Source: Pocillopora damicornis (taxonomy: Eukaryota). From it: DNA of 63,843 nucleotides. A program made the translations under genes and the position numbers. The notes under the pieces were generated by a model. It saw only the letters and a list, made by a program, of their open reading frames with translations, searched no databases and was not told the DNA's origin. The stretch is taken from the NCBI RefSeq assembly GCF_003704095.1, contig NW_020846678.1, forward strand, positions 186,158 through 250,000, in the 5' to 3' direction. Shown piece after piece: positions 12,801 to 27,800 of this stretch (its first letter is position 1; the number at the start of each line of letters is the position of its first letter).

Positions 12801-15800
12801 CATTTGCCATGCGCCCTGATGGGTTTTTACTTCTGCTGACGTCACGGGTGTTATATCGAACGTTTAAGGGATAGAAAGCCATGGCTGGAGGTAAAGCTAA
12901 AAGTAAGAGAAACAACAACAACAAAAATGATTTTGTGAGATGATCCAGGTTTCGCTACCATATAAACGAGACAGTGGGTGAATTGAAGGCAAGACTCATC
13001 AGAAAATTAAATCATCAAGTATAATCGAGGTGTACTAAAAAAAATCAGGCATTTACCTGTAGGTGGCTTTATGGGTTTAGTTGGAGGACCTGTAAATAAG
13101 TGGTAAGTAGTAAGAGTCATAGAATGTAAGAAAAATGTTAAAATAGATGCAAAAAACATCAAATTCTAACTTAATGAGCCAAAACCAATTATTACTTGTT
13201 GAACTAAAGTTAAGCCTTTTGACACCATTTTCAAAGAGACAAACGAAAAAGTTTCTTAATATCGTTGCATCAGATATTTCATGGTTTTTTAAGGTGCAAA
13301 AGGAATAGTTGGTTCGTACCTGGAACTAACAATGCCGATATCTTCAACTTCGCAGTACAAAAAGGCTCTTTATCAAAGACCTCAGTACTAAAGCTCACCT
13401 GGTTTATTGCAAAGGTTCTTGACTTTTTTAATCTGAGGTCCAGTCAGTGCCTTAGAGTAAACTTGCATACAAGCTATGCGCCCGCGGAATGTTCCACCCA
13501 TGTACGCAGTTGTCTTTGTCGCTAATCTAATGCGCTTGATATTCTGCGTTAGTACAGGTCTTGAATCCACCCATAGCGTAGCTATGCCTGCTCGCTGATT
13601 ATACGTACAACCGACGTAATTCCAGCGGCGTGGGTAAAGACGCCGTTTAATCAAAGCCCGCGTAGGCCGCCCGTTCCTCCGTTTGAACTGGACATATAAC
13701 GTGTCCGACCGGACCACCCAGAACCTTATCCCACGGAAGTATTCAAAAATAGGACCACGACCTATAGGAAATATCCAAGCGAGAAGTGTTATAGAGTCCT
13801 TAACATCCAATTTTCCCGAGTTGGGGAAACGGATGTAGCTGTTGCGACGACCAAAGAATTCCGTTGACTCGCCAGGTTGGCCGTAAGGGCCTGGGGCGTA
13901 TCTAATGTTGTAGCTTTTGCCTGGAATGTTTCTTCCTGAGCTGATATCACGTGCGCCAGTTTTGCTGTCCAGTGTGTAGACAGCAACGGGTTGAGGAAAG
14001 CCTAGTATGAAAAGAAACCAATGAGTAAACAGAACCCAAAAAACAGACATGCAAAGTCGGATCTTGATCGATACGGCTTTTCTACGGAACATCGAGAAGA
14101 TCAAACAAATGTAATCACTACGCCCAATCAGCAAAAAGCGAGAATGCGCAGGCATTACATACACACGGTGCGAATTTCACTTCCTAGACAACAGCGTATA
14201 GTGGAGAACAACAGATGCTATCCCGGAGAACTTTTAATAACAATTAATTGAAAAGTGCTCTTTATCGAATACCATTAAGCAAGCAGAAAGGAAGGTACTG
14301 TATATGATGTGAAGCGAAGTCTGACAAATGGCCGGAACTCCGCGTTCGTGATAAATAATAATACTCATTTATTATCGCTCATCGATTTTCTTTTTAGACT
14401 TACTTGGTTTTCTTGATGGAGACGGGGTAGATGGTCGTATGGTCGGCCGCGTAGTTATTTGAGCTGGACAAGTAATAAAAACGCTGTTAATACTCTGAGT
14501 ATAGTTTCAATATTTTCACAAAGTAGGAAAGTTTGATTGTAATAATATTTCTGTAGAGAGAAAAAAAAGAAATTTTGAAAATACCTCTGCACGCTTTCCT
14601 GACTATGCTTTTGACGATGCCATAAAGCGAATTAAAATTAACCATGTAAATATGACGAGAATCAGTGGCTATTGCCCTAAGCTCCTGGTTCCTCACTTGA
14701 GTGGTGACACCAACAGCGAACACTTCAATGCCAGCTCGATGTATCTGTAGACTTGGTATCTTCACACTATCATACGACGGCCCACTCATCACCGTTATCA
14801 GAACCCTCTTCCGTCGACTGCGTCTGAAAAGCGCTCCGACTGCGAGCTGTAAGGCCTTTCCTGTGCGTCTTGATCCTCGGGTATACCGCATCCTTCTAAT
14901 AGCTCGGTTCAGCCGGCGTGGATTCGTGTACCAGTTGAGTCCGAACTGCATCCGAGCAGACGAACCGTATACGATGACTCCTACACGTGCTCGGCTCCGA
15001 GAAATCGAAAATGATCGGGAAACGAGTTCTACGAACTTTTTTATTCGCCTGAAGTTGTTATGTCCAACTCTTCCAGAGGCGTCCAAGACAAAGCCAATAT
15101 CAATTGCTAGGTTGCAAGCTGGGGGAAATAAAAACGCAAGTTTTGAAGTAAGAACAATTGATCGCAAACACAATCTACAGTGGTAGATATTAGTGTCGTA
15201 AAAATACGTTGATATGAAGAAAACCTTCACTGCAATTTAAGAATGTTCAAAACTTTTTTCTTTTAAAAGATGAACGACCGAGAAATGGGAATAGATTCGA
15301 GGTAAAGTGGAACGGCATTCATTTCCTATCCGATAATTGTTCAGGAGATGTCACAGTTGTACCAGGCAGAGGCAAACATATCGATTCACTGCTTTTTAAA
15401 AACAAGATATTGTATGACCAACCAGCTCTGCCACAAAGATGAGCGATTTAACGACTTACCTGGAGGTGTCATAGGCTTTTTTGCTAAAAAAAGGAGCAAA
15501 AGTAAGAAAAGAAAGTCAAAAAAATTTAAAATATGGCTTATCTATACTTTAAAGCATGTTTCTTTCAAAAAATATATCGTCCCTTCTTTACAATGGTGTA
15601 ACAAGAAGGAGTTATTTGTGAAGAAACTACCTTCCTAGTTCATTCCTCAATCCACAAAGGCAGTATTGTAAGCAAAATTGGACTTCCTATATTTGTTGAT
15701 ATGATCGAAGAACAATTTTTCAACCAGCTATATCGAACATCTTGATCGCTTACCACCAGGAAAAGCTTCAAAATTTCAAGGTAAGTAGCTTCATGCGCAA

Positions 15801-18800
15801 CAGAATTCACTTCGAAAATATCGTTAAAGATTACAAAGGTTCATACATTTATTGCCCCTGATGCATGTTCTTGCCCCTTTACGCATGTAATTGCCCCTAT
15901 AGACATATCATTGGCCCTATAGGCATGTTATTGCCCCTGTATGCGTGTAATTGCCCCTGTGGACATATTACTGCCCCTAAAGGCATGTTTTGCCCCTGTA
16001 TACATGTTAGAGCCTTCGTATGGATGTTATGGCTTCTGTATGCATACAGTGAGTAAAATACAATTAGATCACTTACGCGGCACATATGGTGTGCAAGCCT
16101 TGTTTTTAATTACACCAAGAACAGTGCTTAGTCTCCTGAACCCAGCCGTGAACACATGCAGTGGACTGGAAGCCATTTGTTGCAGCTGAAGCCTTCTAAA
16201 CTTGTGACCAATCCCCAAAGAAAAGATTTCCACTCCTTTCCGTTTCAATCTCTCGGCGGGACCTATTACATTATCTTGCGAAATCCCGTCTGTCAAGATA
16301 ACAAGAACTGGCTTTCTGCCTTTTGACCTTCCTCGCGGAAATAAGTACCTGGATGGGACAAAGACCAAAGAATTATCAGCATACATATTCTAAACATTTT
16401 TCTCCCTACTATATAGATTTAGCCAAGCCTAAAAGCGGTGCTTGCATTTTTTTTCCCGCACGTCTCAAGAGCACAACGCCTTGCCCCGGCCAGGACTAGA
16501 ACCCGGGTCTTCCGACTCGGAGCCCACTGCTCTGACCACTGGACTACTGAACAAAGCCGTGGCGTGGGCGTGCCCGCGGTACAGTTGACCACGCATGTTA
16601 AAAGTGGCACCGTGTACGGTGGTACGGTCGTACATCCAAATTTTTTCCGCTTGATGGGTTGCTACTCTTTTGTATAATTATGGGGCTACGCTCTGCGAGC
16701 TCCGCTATTAAAACGATACAGGTTAGGAAAATTTCTTTACAGGATCAAGGCATTTTGTCTTTCGTTGACCATTTTCTTTTTTCTCACGAATTCTGCGTTT
16801 GATTAATTACACCTTTACAAGGAAAAATTAATTCCTGGTTGCTGTATATTACTTGGTTTAAACTAATTTGTCAAGTTTCCCGCTACATCTGAAGCTAAAT
16901 CTTGGTTTCTTTGGCATGAAGCGGCTAAGAGTTCTGGATGTGGTTGCTATTATAGCGGTACCGTTAAGTAAAGCGAGCGGATGTCAGCAATTTGCATTGT
17001 GACCGCTCATACTCCTTAACAACCGTTTCTTCCTTTCAGAGCCGCCATGTTTTTGTTTTGATCACAAGTGTAATTCGTTTAGTTTTTTCATTTATGAAAT
17101 CCTCCGGTCTTCCGCTTATCGGACTGGGCGGTTATCTCAAGAATAAAGACGTTCGGGAGCAGTCGCGATCGTACTCGAAAATAACGCGTCCCGTTTGTTA
17201 GGTGTGCATAATCATGTACTCTATCTTGAGAGGAAAGAGGATCTGTGTGAGGCGAGTATCTTGCCATAGAGCACAACACAGTGATCCCAGTAATGGGCAA
17301 GCAGAGTTTAAGGTGATAACTTTTAGACTAAATCGTCAGGAATCTTAAAAATAAGTCGATGCATACAGAAGCATCGTTAAGAATAAATATCCTTCAGAGA
17401 TCTATACATTACTTGTACTCAACAGCTTCACACACGTACCTTGAAACGTATGCAAGGGCTCTTCCCAGCTTTGTTCCTCCATATGGATATCTCACACGAT
17501 CAACTGCCTTGATAACGCTTGGCAGGGTGTAATATCGGTTAAAACGGAAGATCGGGTGTGGCCGAGTGGAGAACACTACCATACCCACCCGGGTCTGGCC
17601 CGCAGAGATAGGGAAGAAACTGATGAGAGTCTTGATAAAATCGAGAATGTGCATGAAATTTCCTTTGCCTCGGTTCTCTATGCTTCCAGAGCCGTCTACC
17701 AGGAACCCAAGATCGACTTTCAAGCGACATACTAGAAAGAAAAGAAAGTGGTTTGAAAACGCGCTGTCCCACTCAAGGCCAAATGATGAGAACCCTTTGC
17801 GATTTGGGCATCTTGATCACTTTTAATCGTTAATAAGCCAGAGAGATGAGAGGTCAATTGCTTACCTGGTGGTTTTGTTGGTGTTGGCTTTTTAATTGGA
17901 ATAGTCGGCGATGGGGTCACAACTTTAAAGAACAAACAAACAGATTAACATTAGCGACCAGACACTAACGACAATAATAATATATCAAAAAGGCCTGTCG
18001 GAAGATGAGTTGTGAACGAGTAACATTCCCCTGAGATCTAACCCAATGACCGTATATTTTTCGAGTCATTTTGCACCGGTCTAACAGAGCAAACTGATGT
18101 TAAACGTGCTGGTCCACTGAAGGCCAAATGACGAGATCATTAACGATCTGGGAAATATAACGCATCGAATGCCTCAAGCATTCAGATTGGAGTCCAAGTA
18201 CGATCCACTGTTAAGACGCTTCTAGACTTCCAAACTGGGTGATGGCTACGTTTTCAAACGTTCAGCTTGACAAATTTTTAACCCTAATGGATTAGGCCCA
18301 TGAATAATAATCATTAGCATGGCATTTTTGTTCATACTTGTGCGTACAACGGTGCTTCGTAGCTCTCGGGTGTTCACATTCATCCTTATATGATAAAATG
18401 TACTCTTGCAATGCGCCATGTATCAAAGGGTTTTTAATGAGTTTGTATTTAATAGTGCTATCACTAAAAAATGTTCTTATTCTCTGTTCTTTTAAACCCA
18501 AGAAATCATTAATGAAATTTGCCTGTTTTCGTTGTTTAGGCTGCTTATTTTCATAACCTAAATCACAACATAATAAAGGACTTAAAAAACGTTGCTTTTC
18601 AAAATTAANNNNNNNNNNNNNNNNNNNNNNNNNNNNNNNNNNNNNNNNNNNNNNNNNNNNNNNNNNNNNNNNNNNNNNNNNNNNNNNNNNNNNNNNNNNN
18701 NNNNNNNNTAGTAGGGAAAAGTTAACCGTCTGATAAATTGTTCAATTCTGGAAATTTGTGAAATGAATTTGCTTTTTTTCACAGTTTGCACAGCCCGAGT

Positions 18801-21800
18801 TGATCTCGGTTTCCTTATCGACGCTACCAGTCNNNNNNNNNNNNNNNNNNNNNNNNNNNNNNNNNNNNNNNNNNNNNNNNNNNNNNNNNNNNNNNNNNNN
18901 NNNNNNNNNNNNNNNNNNNNNNNNNNNNNNNNNNNNNNNNNNNNNNNNNNNNNNNNNNNNNNNNNNNNNNNNNNNNNNNNNNNNNNNNNNNNNNNNNNNN
19001 NNNNNNNNNNNNNNNNNNNNNNNNNNNNNNNNNNNNNNNNNNNNNNNNNNNNNNNNNNNNNNNNNNNNNNNNNNNNNNNNNNNNNNNNNNNNNNNNNNNN
19101 NNNNNNNNNNNNNNNNNNNNNNNNNNNNNNNNNNNNNNNNNNNNNNNNNNNNNNNNNNNNNNNNNNNNNNNNNNNNNNNNNNNNNNNNNNNNNNNNNNNN
19201 NNNNNNNNNNNNNACAGGGTGAAGAGACCAGCCGAGGCTCTTAAGGGAGCTGGTGTGGAGATATTCATGATTGGTATTGGCAGCATCGGGAGGACGAGTT
19301 TACTACGAGTTACAACTGACACCAAGCATGTATTTGTAGNNNNNNNNNNACAGCTTTTGTCCATTGTAAGAACACTAAAGGACAGGATTTGTTACTCACC
19401 AGGTAAGTTAACTTTGGAAATATACGTTGTACTGCCGTAGAATGATGAAATGCTAAGAAATTCTGATTAAGAGTATTTTGGTTTTATTGACTGAGTTGAT
19501 ATTTTAATTTAAACCCGTTGAAGAGTTTTTGCAAGCCGACCTTTCGAGCGTCAGGTCTTCGTCAGCTCCCTACGTTTGCCTGTAAACTCTTTAGGATGGC
19601 CAATAAACATAAGCAACTCAGNNNNNNNNNNCAAGTAATCTTGTAATACGCCACACTTCACCCGCTTCTGATTATGAGCGTTCGTTTGAGGGGGAAATTT
19701 TTCTTTCTTAAGCAAATTAATCCNNNNNNNNNNTGTCCCCTTGCCATTTTCAAAGATAAGATCAAGGTTTCACTTTGAAATTTAAAACTCAAAGGATCGC
19801 CTTTGGTTATCTTTGTGCAAAATTTGTTTGTACTTATCTTACCCCTGTTAACTCGTGAGACTTTGTTTTTCTCAGTTATTCGCCGAGGAGCAGTTGCAGT
19901 TTATCAGCTCAACAGCGCCTCCAAGAANNNNNNNNNNNNNNNNNNNNNNNNNNNNNNNNNNNNNNNNNNNNNNNNNNNNNNNNNNNNNNNNNNNNNNNNN
20001 NNNNNNNNNNNNNNNNNNNNNNNNNNNACAGGGTGAAGAGACCAGCCGAGGCTCTTAAGGGAGCTGGTGTGGAGATATTCACGATTGGTATTGGCAGCAT
20101 CAGAAGGACAAGTCTAGTACGAGTTACAACTGACACCAAGCATGTATTTGTCGTTGGGTATACACAGCTTTTGTCCATTGTAAGAACACTAAAGGACAGG
20201 ATTTGTTACTCTCCCGGTAAGTTTTCTTTTAAAAGAAATGAAATTGCACTGGTTTGAAAAAATTAATTGACTCTTATTCCCCTTAAAAAAAAGGAAAATA
20301 CTTTTAAAGTCGAAATGTTTCATACAATTTTAATTACATTAACTTTCCTGGGACTCGTATACCGAAATTATTTGAAAGACATATTTCCTAGCCTTTTAAA
20401 ATGGTAGCCAAATCACTTTTTCTCGGAACAGTTGAGATACAGCGACAAAGAAAACTTTAAATATTCCATGCAGTTATTTGTAGAGAAATCTCTTTTTATC
20501 TCTTTCCTTGCTTATGCGTGTAAAATTCAATTTCTAGTTATTCGTCGAGGAGCGGTTGCAGTTTATCAGCTCAACAGCGCCTCCAAGAACCGTGACATCA
20601 GTGGATACNNNNNNNNNNNNNNNNNNNNNNNNNNNNNNNNNNNNNNNNNNNNNNNNNNNNNNNNNNNNNNNNNNNNNNNNNNNNNNNNNNNNNNNNNNNN
20701 NNNNNNNNNNNNNNNNNNNNNNNNNNNNNNNNNNNNNNNNNNNNNNNNNNNNNNNNNNNNNNNNNNNNNNNNNNNNNNNNNNNNNNNNNNNNNNNNNNNN
20801 NNNNNNNNNNNNNNNNNNNNNNNNNNNNNNNNNNNNNNNNNNNNNNNNNNNNNNNNNNNNNNNNNNNNNNNNNNNNNNNNNNNNNNNNNNNNNNNNNNNN
20901 NNNNNNNNNNNNNNNNNNNNNNNNNNNNNNNNNNNNNNNNNNNNNNNNNNNNNNNNNNNNNNNNNNNNNNNNNNNNNNNNNNNNNNNNNNNNNNNNNNNN
21001 NNNNNNNNNNNNNNNNNNNNNNNNNNNNNNNNNNNNNNNNNNNNNNNNNNNNNNNNNNNNNNNNNNNNNNNNNNNNNNNNNNNNNNNNNNNNNNNNNNNN
21101 NNNNNNNNNNNNNNNNNNNNNNNNNNNNNNNNNNNNNNNNNNNNNNNNNNNNNNNNNNNNNNNNNNNNNNNNNNNNNNTTTCATTTTTTTGGTTTACTCT
21201 TGTTTGTAAAGGAAACATCTTTTTTAGATACATGCAAATTTTTTATTTATTAAATTAACTCTCAAGTCTTATTGAAACGGTAGTCACGCGATGTTTTCTG
21301 ATAATATTCCCACTTAAAATGTGTTTCAAAGGAATTTTTCTTGTGGGGAGAAGATGTTACCGCCATANNNNNNNNNNNNNNNNNNNNNNNNNNNNNNNNN
21401 NNNNNNNNNNNNNNNNNNNNNNNNNNNNNNNNNNNNNNNNNNNNNNNNNNNNNNNNNNNNNNNNNNNNNNNNNNNNNNNNNNNNNNNNNNNNNNNNNNNN
21501 NNNNNNNNNNNNNNNNNNNNNNNNNNNNNNNNNNNNNNNNNNNNNNNNNNNNNNNNNNNNNNNNNNNNNNNNNNNNNNNNNNNNNNNNNNNNNNNNNNNN
21601 NNNNNNNNNNNNNNNNNNNNNNNNNNNNNNNNNNNNNNNNNNNNNNNNNNNNNNNNNNNNNNNNNNNNNNNNNNNNNNGTTTAATACCGATCTCGTAATC
21701 CATTGATGAGATCACAGTGTACCCTTAGGTGTAATGGTAGAATGGGCATCCAAATTAAAAGTGTGCAAGCGTTTGTCGCCACTTAGACTTACTCTCACCT

Positions 21801-24800
21801 ACGCGTAAAGTACGAACTAATCATTGAAGTCTTAAGTNNNNNNNNNNNNNNNNNNNNNNNNNNNNNNNNNNNNNNNNNNNNNNNNNNNNNNNNNNNNNNN
21901 NNNNNNNNNNNNNNNNNNNNNNNNNNNNNNNNNNNNNGGTGTCGGGGTTGGAATTGTGATGATCACTGAGAAAAAGGGCAAACGTAAATCATGGGTTATT
22001 ACTTCGATTGAGTCTTCACAAAAAGCAGTTGGGAATCAGTGGTAAAGGAAGAAGACTGCCTGGGGTCAGGAACTCGAAAAGGAAAACTCAGATAACTCGC
22101 AAATCAAATAGAGATACATTACCTTTCCTGAAGCATCTCTTCTTTGTCTCCTCGATCTGCTTCCTGTTTAGTGCCACACTGTACAACTGAAGACAAAACA
22201 GTCGACCACGGAAGTATTCCCTGCTGCCTTTCTGTCCACCTAGTCTGATTGCCTTCCTAGTTTCCAACTGAACTTTACCAATTGTTCGTCTAACAACTGG
22301 TTTGGAATTCACCCAAATGGTCAACATTTGACTTCGCTCGTCAAATGTTACAGCAATGTAGCTCCAAGCCTTGTAATTGATAATTCTTCCTCCTGTCTGT
22401 ACCGTTATTGTCGTCCTTTTTGTTCTTCGGACAATTATCACTTGGAGTACTCTGGGACTGATCATACGCAGCTGGAAGCCTCTGCGGTTTGGATTGTAGT
22501 TCAGAATGATTCCCCGTCGTCCCTCGTGATAAACCCAAATACAGACAGTGATGGAGTATCTAGCGTCTAGTTTCCCTGTGTTAGGAATCTCCACGTAGCT
22601 ATTTGATCTTCCATAAAATTGTGTAGAGCCATCCCGTCTGCCATCAGGGCCTTGTTTGTATGTTATACCATAAAATCTAGCTGATGGGTTTCGATTACGA
22701 CTGAGATCTCGTCCGCGCCTAATGTAGTCCAGCGGATACACAGCCAGCGTTCTGGGAAGCTCCACTGAAGGAAATAAAAATATCAAATTATTATTTTGAG
22801 CGGGAAAATAGCAATTCCTGATTTAAATGCTGTGTTTGAAAGTGTACATACATGTGCGTGAGAGTGAATGCTAAAGATTCCAAACGTAGTCAAACGTGAT
22901 CATTGTATTTTGATTTGTGTCAAGCATTGTTGATAAAAATTGTGAAGTAAATAACATCAGACTAGTCGAGGAAGATAAGGGAGTTGACACTTAAGAGTTG
23001 CTCAGGAATAATAAATACAATAAAGCGATAGAAAATATTTAAATTGTCATATAGTTACCTCGAGGTGTACCGGTTGGTTTGGTGACAGGGCGGACGATGG
23101 GTACTGAAAATAAAGAAGGAGTGTGTAAAAAAGTGAAATATTTATGAGCTCCTTCTTTAAAAAGTAGCAATGAATCGTACTATAATGAATTGTGGAGAGG
23201 AGATAATTCTTAAAATATTTTCAATGTGTGATGTCTCTGCCAGGGCTTCCCTCTCCAGACAGTGATAAGGTTTGATATTTTATAAAATCATCTCCACCAC
23301 AGTAAGATTCGAATGAGAAAATAGAAAATTGCCTTGAGACAAATAAGAGAGAAAAGCCATATTTTGTTGCTAAATCATGCCGTGGAACGGTTATTGTTCT
23401 ATGTTTCCCACTCTTCCCCCCTCGAAGGTCGAAAAGACATTCCTATGCAGAATAACTATACAACCAGTCTTGTGTGGGTGATTCCAGGGCCCAGTTGTTC
23501 AAAAGAAGGTTAAGCCTTAACCCAGAGTTAAGTCAGCCTAACCTTGGGGTAAAATTTGAGTCGCATTATTCGAAAGTAGGTTAACACTAACCTCAGGTTA
23601 GTTTAACCCGTCTTTGAACAGCCCGGCCAAGATGTTGTTGAACCCAACCCTAACCACGATTTAAGCACTTACGCGGGAGGTTCATTAAAAGTTTCATTTA
23701 AAGGAGTTAATTAACGAAAGGGTCCTAAGTTCTAATGCCATTTACTTTAATGAAACGATCAGATCCTGGCATAGAAGATAAGTAATGATCTTCTCTACTC
23801 ACCAACTTTCTGCCGTTGGCACACTTGCTTCTTTAAAGCCAATATGATTGTCATTAGCATGCTAAATGATGCAGTCACTACATGCTTCCGATCCGTAGCT
23901 ATCTGGTATAACTGTCTACGCCTGTAGTTCTTTCCAACACCCACTGCGAAAACTTCAGTACCAGTCGCCTTCAAGCGACTGGCAGCAGGACCGACACGGT
24001 CTTGTGAAATACCATCAGTGATCAACACCAGCACTTGCTTTCTTTTGCGAGGAGTTCGTTGTTTGAAAAGGTAGTTTCGTGTAAATTCTAAAGCATTTCC
24101 GATGCGCGTGCCCCCTCGAGGATAACGCACCTGATCGATCGCTCGGAGGATTTGAACTTTGGACGAATACCGTCGGAACCCGAAAATTGGGATCGGTCGA
24201 GAAGAGAATAATACGAAACCGATTCGTGATTTCCCTCGAGACACTTCAAAGAAGCTGACCAACGATTTAATGAGGTTTAGTATGCGACCAAAGTTTCCTT
24301 TCCCTTGGAACTCGATACTTCCAGATCCATCGACCAGGAACCCGAGGTCTACAGCAATCTTACACACTATATAACACACAAAAGAAAGACACAAGTTATT
24401 ACTTTCTACGCCCAATATCCACGGTGTGGCAATTTCTCACATGGTACCGTGCGATAATCAGGTCTAAAAATTTCTTGCGAGTTCAAAAAATCGCACACTG
24501 TATAAATCTTTACGATAACGCTGGGCAAAGACGAGCAACGACGACTTCATAGATGAAACAATAACTATTACTAATAAATAATAAATAATAAGCAAAACTT
24601 AATTCGTACTAAAAAATACATCGACAATAAATACAATAATAAATTATCTATAACTGTAATGAGAGTAAAAAATTACGATTTTGACTTACTTTCCGGTAGA
24701 GGACGTGTCGGAGATGTTACTGAAAGAAAAAATGACACGAGTGATTAACATCAAAATGCAATATTCAAGAGAGCGTGCCTCAGACTACTTCTACTTCCAT

Positions 24801-27800
24801 CTTAAACTAAAATAAACAAAATCTTACAAAGATGCCGCATTAAAGGAAGAAATTCTTGTAACCTCCAAAAAGGTGATATTTTGGTAGATTTTATCAGTGG
24901 ATGCAAAAGAAGTCTCTTCTGAAGTTCAAAAATTTTAGTAATTCTCAGGATTTGAAGTGCTTGAAAAATATCTTTCACGGTGAATACCTAGAGCTAACAT
25001 ATTTATTTTTAAGCATTGAAACATACTTACTTGAAGGCGTTGGCTTAGAAATTGGCCCTAAATGTGAGTGAGAATGAAAGGGAATTAGGCCTGTTCTAAA
25101 AATAATATGCCGGAAATCAACTACAGTGGTAAGGCTTATTCGTAAAAGCAACGATGCGGTTGTTTCGCGAAGTTAAAAGGGCCTTCATGTAAAATCTCAT
25201 CTCACTTTCGATTTATATTAGCAAGTGTTAATAATTCTCTCTCGAGTATTTTCTAGGAAAGACTTGACAAAGGTGTCCTCCCCAAAATAAAAGTTTCCAC
25301 AATAGATAAGGATCTTACACGTTAAGCTTTACTATGAATAACCTGTAGGCTAATTAAAGTTGTGTTTTGTTATAAAAGATAAGTTTACTGCTTATCGTAA
25401 TTATGCACATACAATGTTGCTCAAATGATCTTTAGCATCATGAGTGTGCTGACTCAACCCGTTATTGACTCACCAAATAATTGGCGTTCGAAAGTAACAA
25501 AACCACTGTGGTACATCGTTTGCATCGCGATATTCATTCGTTATCAATTGTAAAGACTACCCGTAAAGACTTCCCTGGATTATCCCCTTTGAGTAATGAA
25601 CTCCAACGAGTACGTTTCGTTCAATGTAACTTTTTAAAACGAGACAAAAAAGTACAGAAACTTACATTTCTTGAAACACCGCTTCCGCGCTCCACGTATC
25701 TGTTTCGCGTTTAAAGCAATACTGTGGACTTGGAGACAGGAAATTCTACCACGAAAAGCCCTTTTATCGCCAATTCGTGCACCCATCCTGATTGGATAAT
25801 TCGTGGCCAGCTCGAAACGCCCGATGCTCTGTCGCGCTACAGGTTTCGAGTCCAGCCATAATGTAGCGACGCCAGTGTTGTAATCGTAAGTGGCTCCAAT
25901 GTAGTTCCAAGCTCTATAACGCGGTTTTGTAGAGTAGGTCGCAACTGAAGATGTTCGCCCTCTTGAACGTTTCACAAAACGGACGAAAAGCACCCTGGGT
26001 CCAACCATCCATAGATGAACTCCGAAACCACGTCGATCGTAGTTGAAGATAGGCCCAGACCGCCCGTTGTGGTAAATCCACGCCAAAATGGTTATAGAAC
26101 GCCTGGTATCGAGCTTGCCATTGTTTGGGAATTCGATATAACTGTTTGACGAGCCGAAAAACTGAGTTGATCCCTTTGGATTTCCGTCGGGGCCTGGTGC
26201 TGGACGGACATGTGACGGGATACCGGGCGGGTTGTTACGAGTGATATCTTTAGTTTTAGTCTCCCCATCCAGGGTAAATATAGCGACAAGAGGGGGTAAC
26301 TCTGAAAGACAGAAAATCACGCACGTATATCACACAGGATCCATACCTTAGCTCGAATTAATCATGCCTTCAAAACAAAAAGAAAAAGCAAAAGAAAAAG
26401 GCTAAAAATGTTAAAGTGCTCATCTTTTCAGGAGGACGAAATTTTGAATCCAAAGTTTAATGTGTTGCAGATTTATAACATTCGTTTTACAAAGTCCAAG
26501 TATTAACTTGTGTGACATAAATAAAAACCAACACTAACCTGGAAGAGGCGGCTCAGGTGGGGGGGCACCTAAGATCGAAAATCACATAGTGGCAATTAAT
26601 ACAAACTCATCGAATCAGTTTTAAGAGTGGAATATTGTAGGGGTTTACGCTTAGCTGACAGATAAGTCTTCGGTTGAGGGTTGCATCCACAACTGACTCT
26701 AATAATTGCCACACGAGGGCCCAAAATTTCATTATGGGAAAATGTAGATCATAACATATCGATAAATACTATGTATCTATGAGCGTGTCTCAAAACTGAG
26801 CTTTAAAAATAAGTAACTTGAGCAAAAGAACCCCCATGTTCGCATTCGCTCTCGCCGGAGATGGTATAGCTCAATGATAACGGGCGGTAAAACTCTTTTC
26901 TTTTTGGTAATGCACGTAGTGAGGACAACTTTTGACTTTTTTAACTATTTTATTACGAAAAATTCTGATGATTGATTTATACTTTTATCCTATAAGAAAC
27001 TTGTAGTGTAACTCACGCTAAAACTTCCAAATGAAAAGATATTTTAAACAAATTTTCAGTTCAATCAAATCCACAGGTGCTCACCTCTGAAACAAACATT
27101 GCGTCGCTTGTTCATCTGAGGTCCAGTCAGTGCTACATCAAACACCTGCATACAAGCAATCCGACCACGGAAACGAGTCCTAGATCCTGGTCTGCTTCCC
27201 ATAATCGCAGGATAATTGGTAGCGAGCCTCAAACCTCTTCCGATATTTCTCTGTGCAATTGGCGTTGACTCGCGCCAGAGGGTAGCTAGCCCAGTCTTAC
27301 AGTCATAAGTTGCAGCAATATAGTTCCACATCCTCGGGCGAATACCTTGTGCTCTCAGAATGAACGACCTACGACCAGAGCGCCGAACGAACTTCACATA
27401 CAAGGTATTCCTCCTGAGGATCCAGAAGCTTACTCCCGAACCTCTTGGGTTGTAGTGGAATATAGGACCGCCTTTCTCAGGGTGGACCCAAGCTAGTAAG
27501 GTTATCGAGTTCCTGGTATCAATGCCACCATTGTTAGGGAAGTAGATGTAGCTACCGCGCCGACCGGTGAAATAGAAGGATCCCCGTGGGAACTTGTCTG
27601 GTCCAGAAGCCAGACGTACCTGACTGGGACGCCCGGGTTTATTTTTCCTGGGGCCGATGTCTCGTCCTTGGGTTCTACTGTTGAGGGGATACAGTGCAAC
27701 GGCACGAGGTGGTCCTGTAAATTAGGTATACTTTATTTTTAATATTCAGCATAGTTTTCTTAAAACAAAACCATTATCACACTCACCACTTAGAACAAAG

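Noticed and set aside
12897-12924. 'MLLLFLLLLA' as a signal peptide starting a separate gene
   Set aside because: It is the translated polypyrimidine tract before the L13 acceptor; there is no ATG
15851-16010. 20-bp repeats as a CRISPR array
   Set aside because: Head-to-tail degenerate units with no unique spacers, no cas genes, and an intronic eukaryotic context
18582-21715. Long ORFs made of X residues
   Set aside because: Artefacts of translating N-gaps
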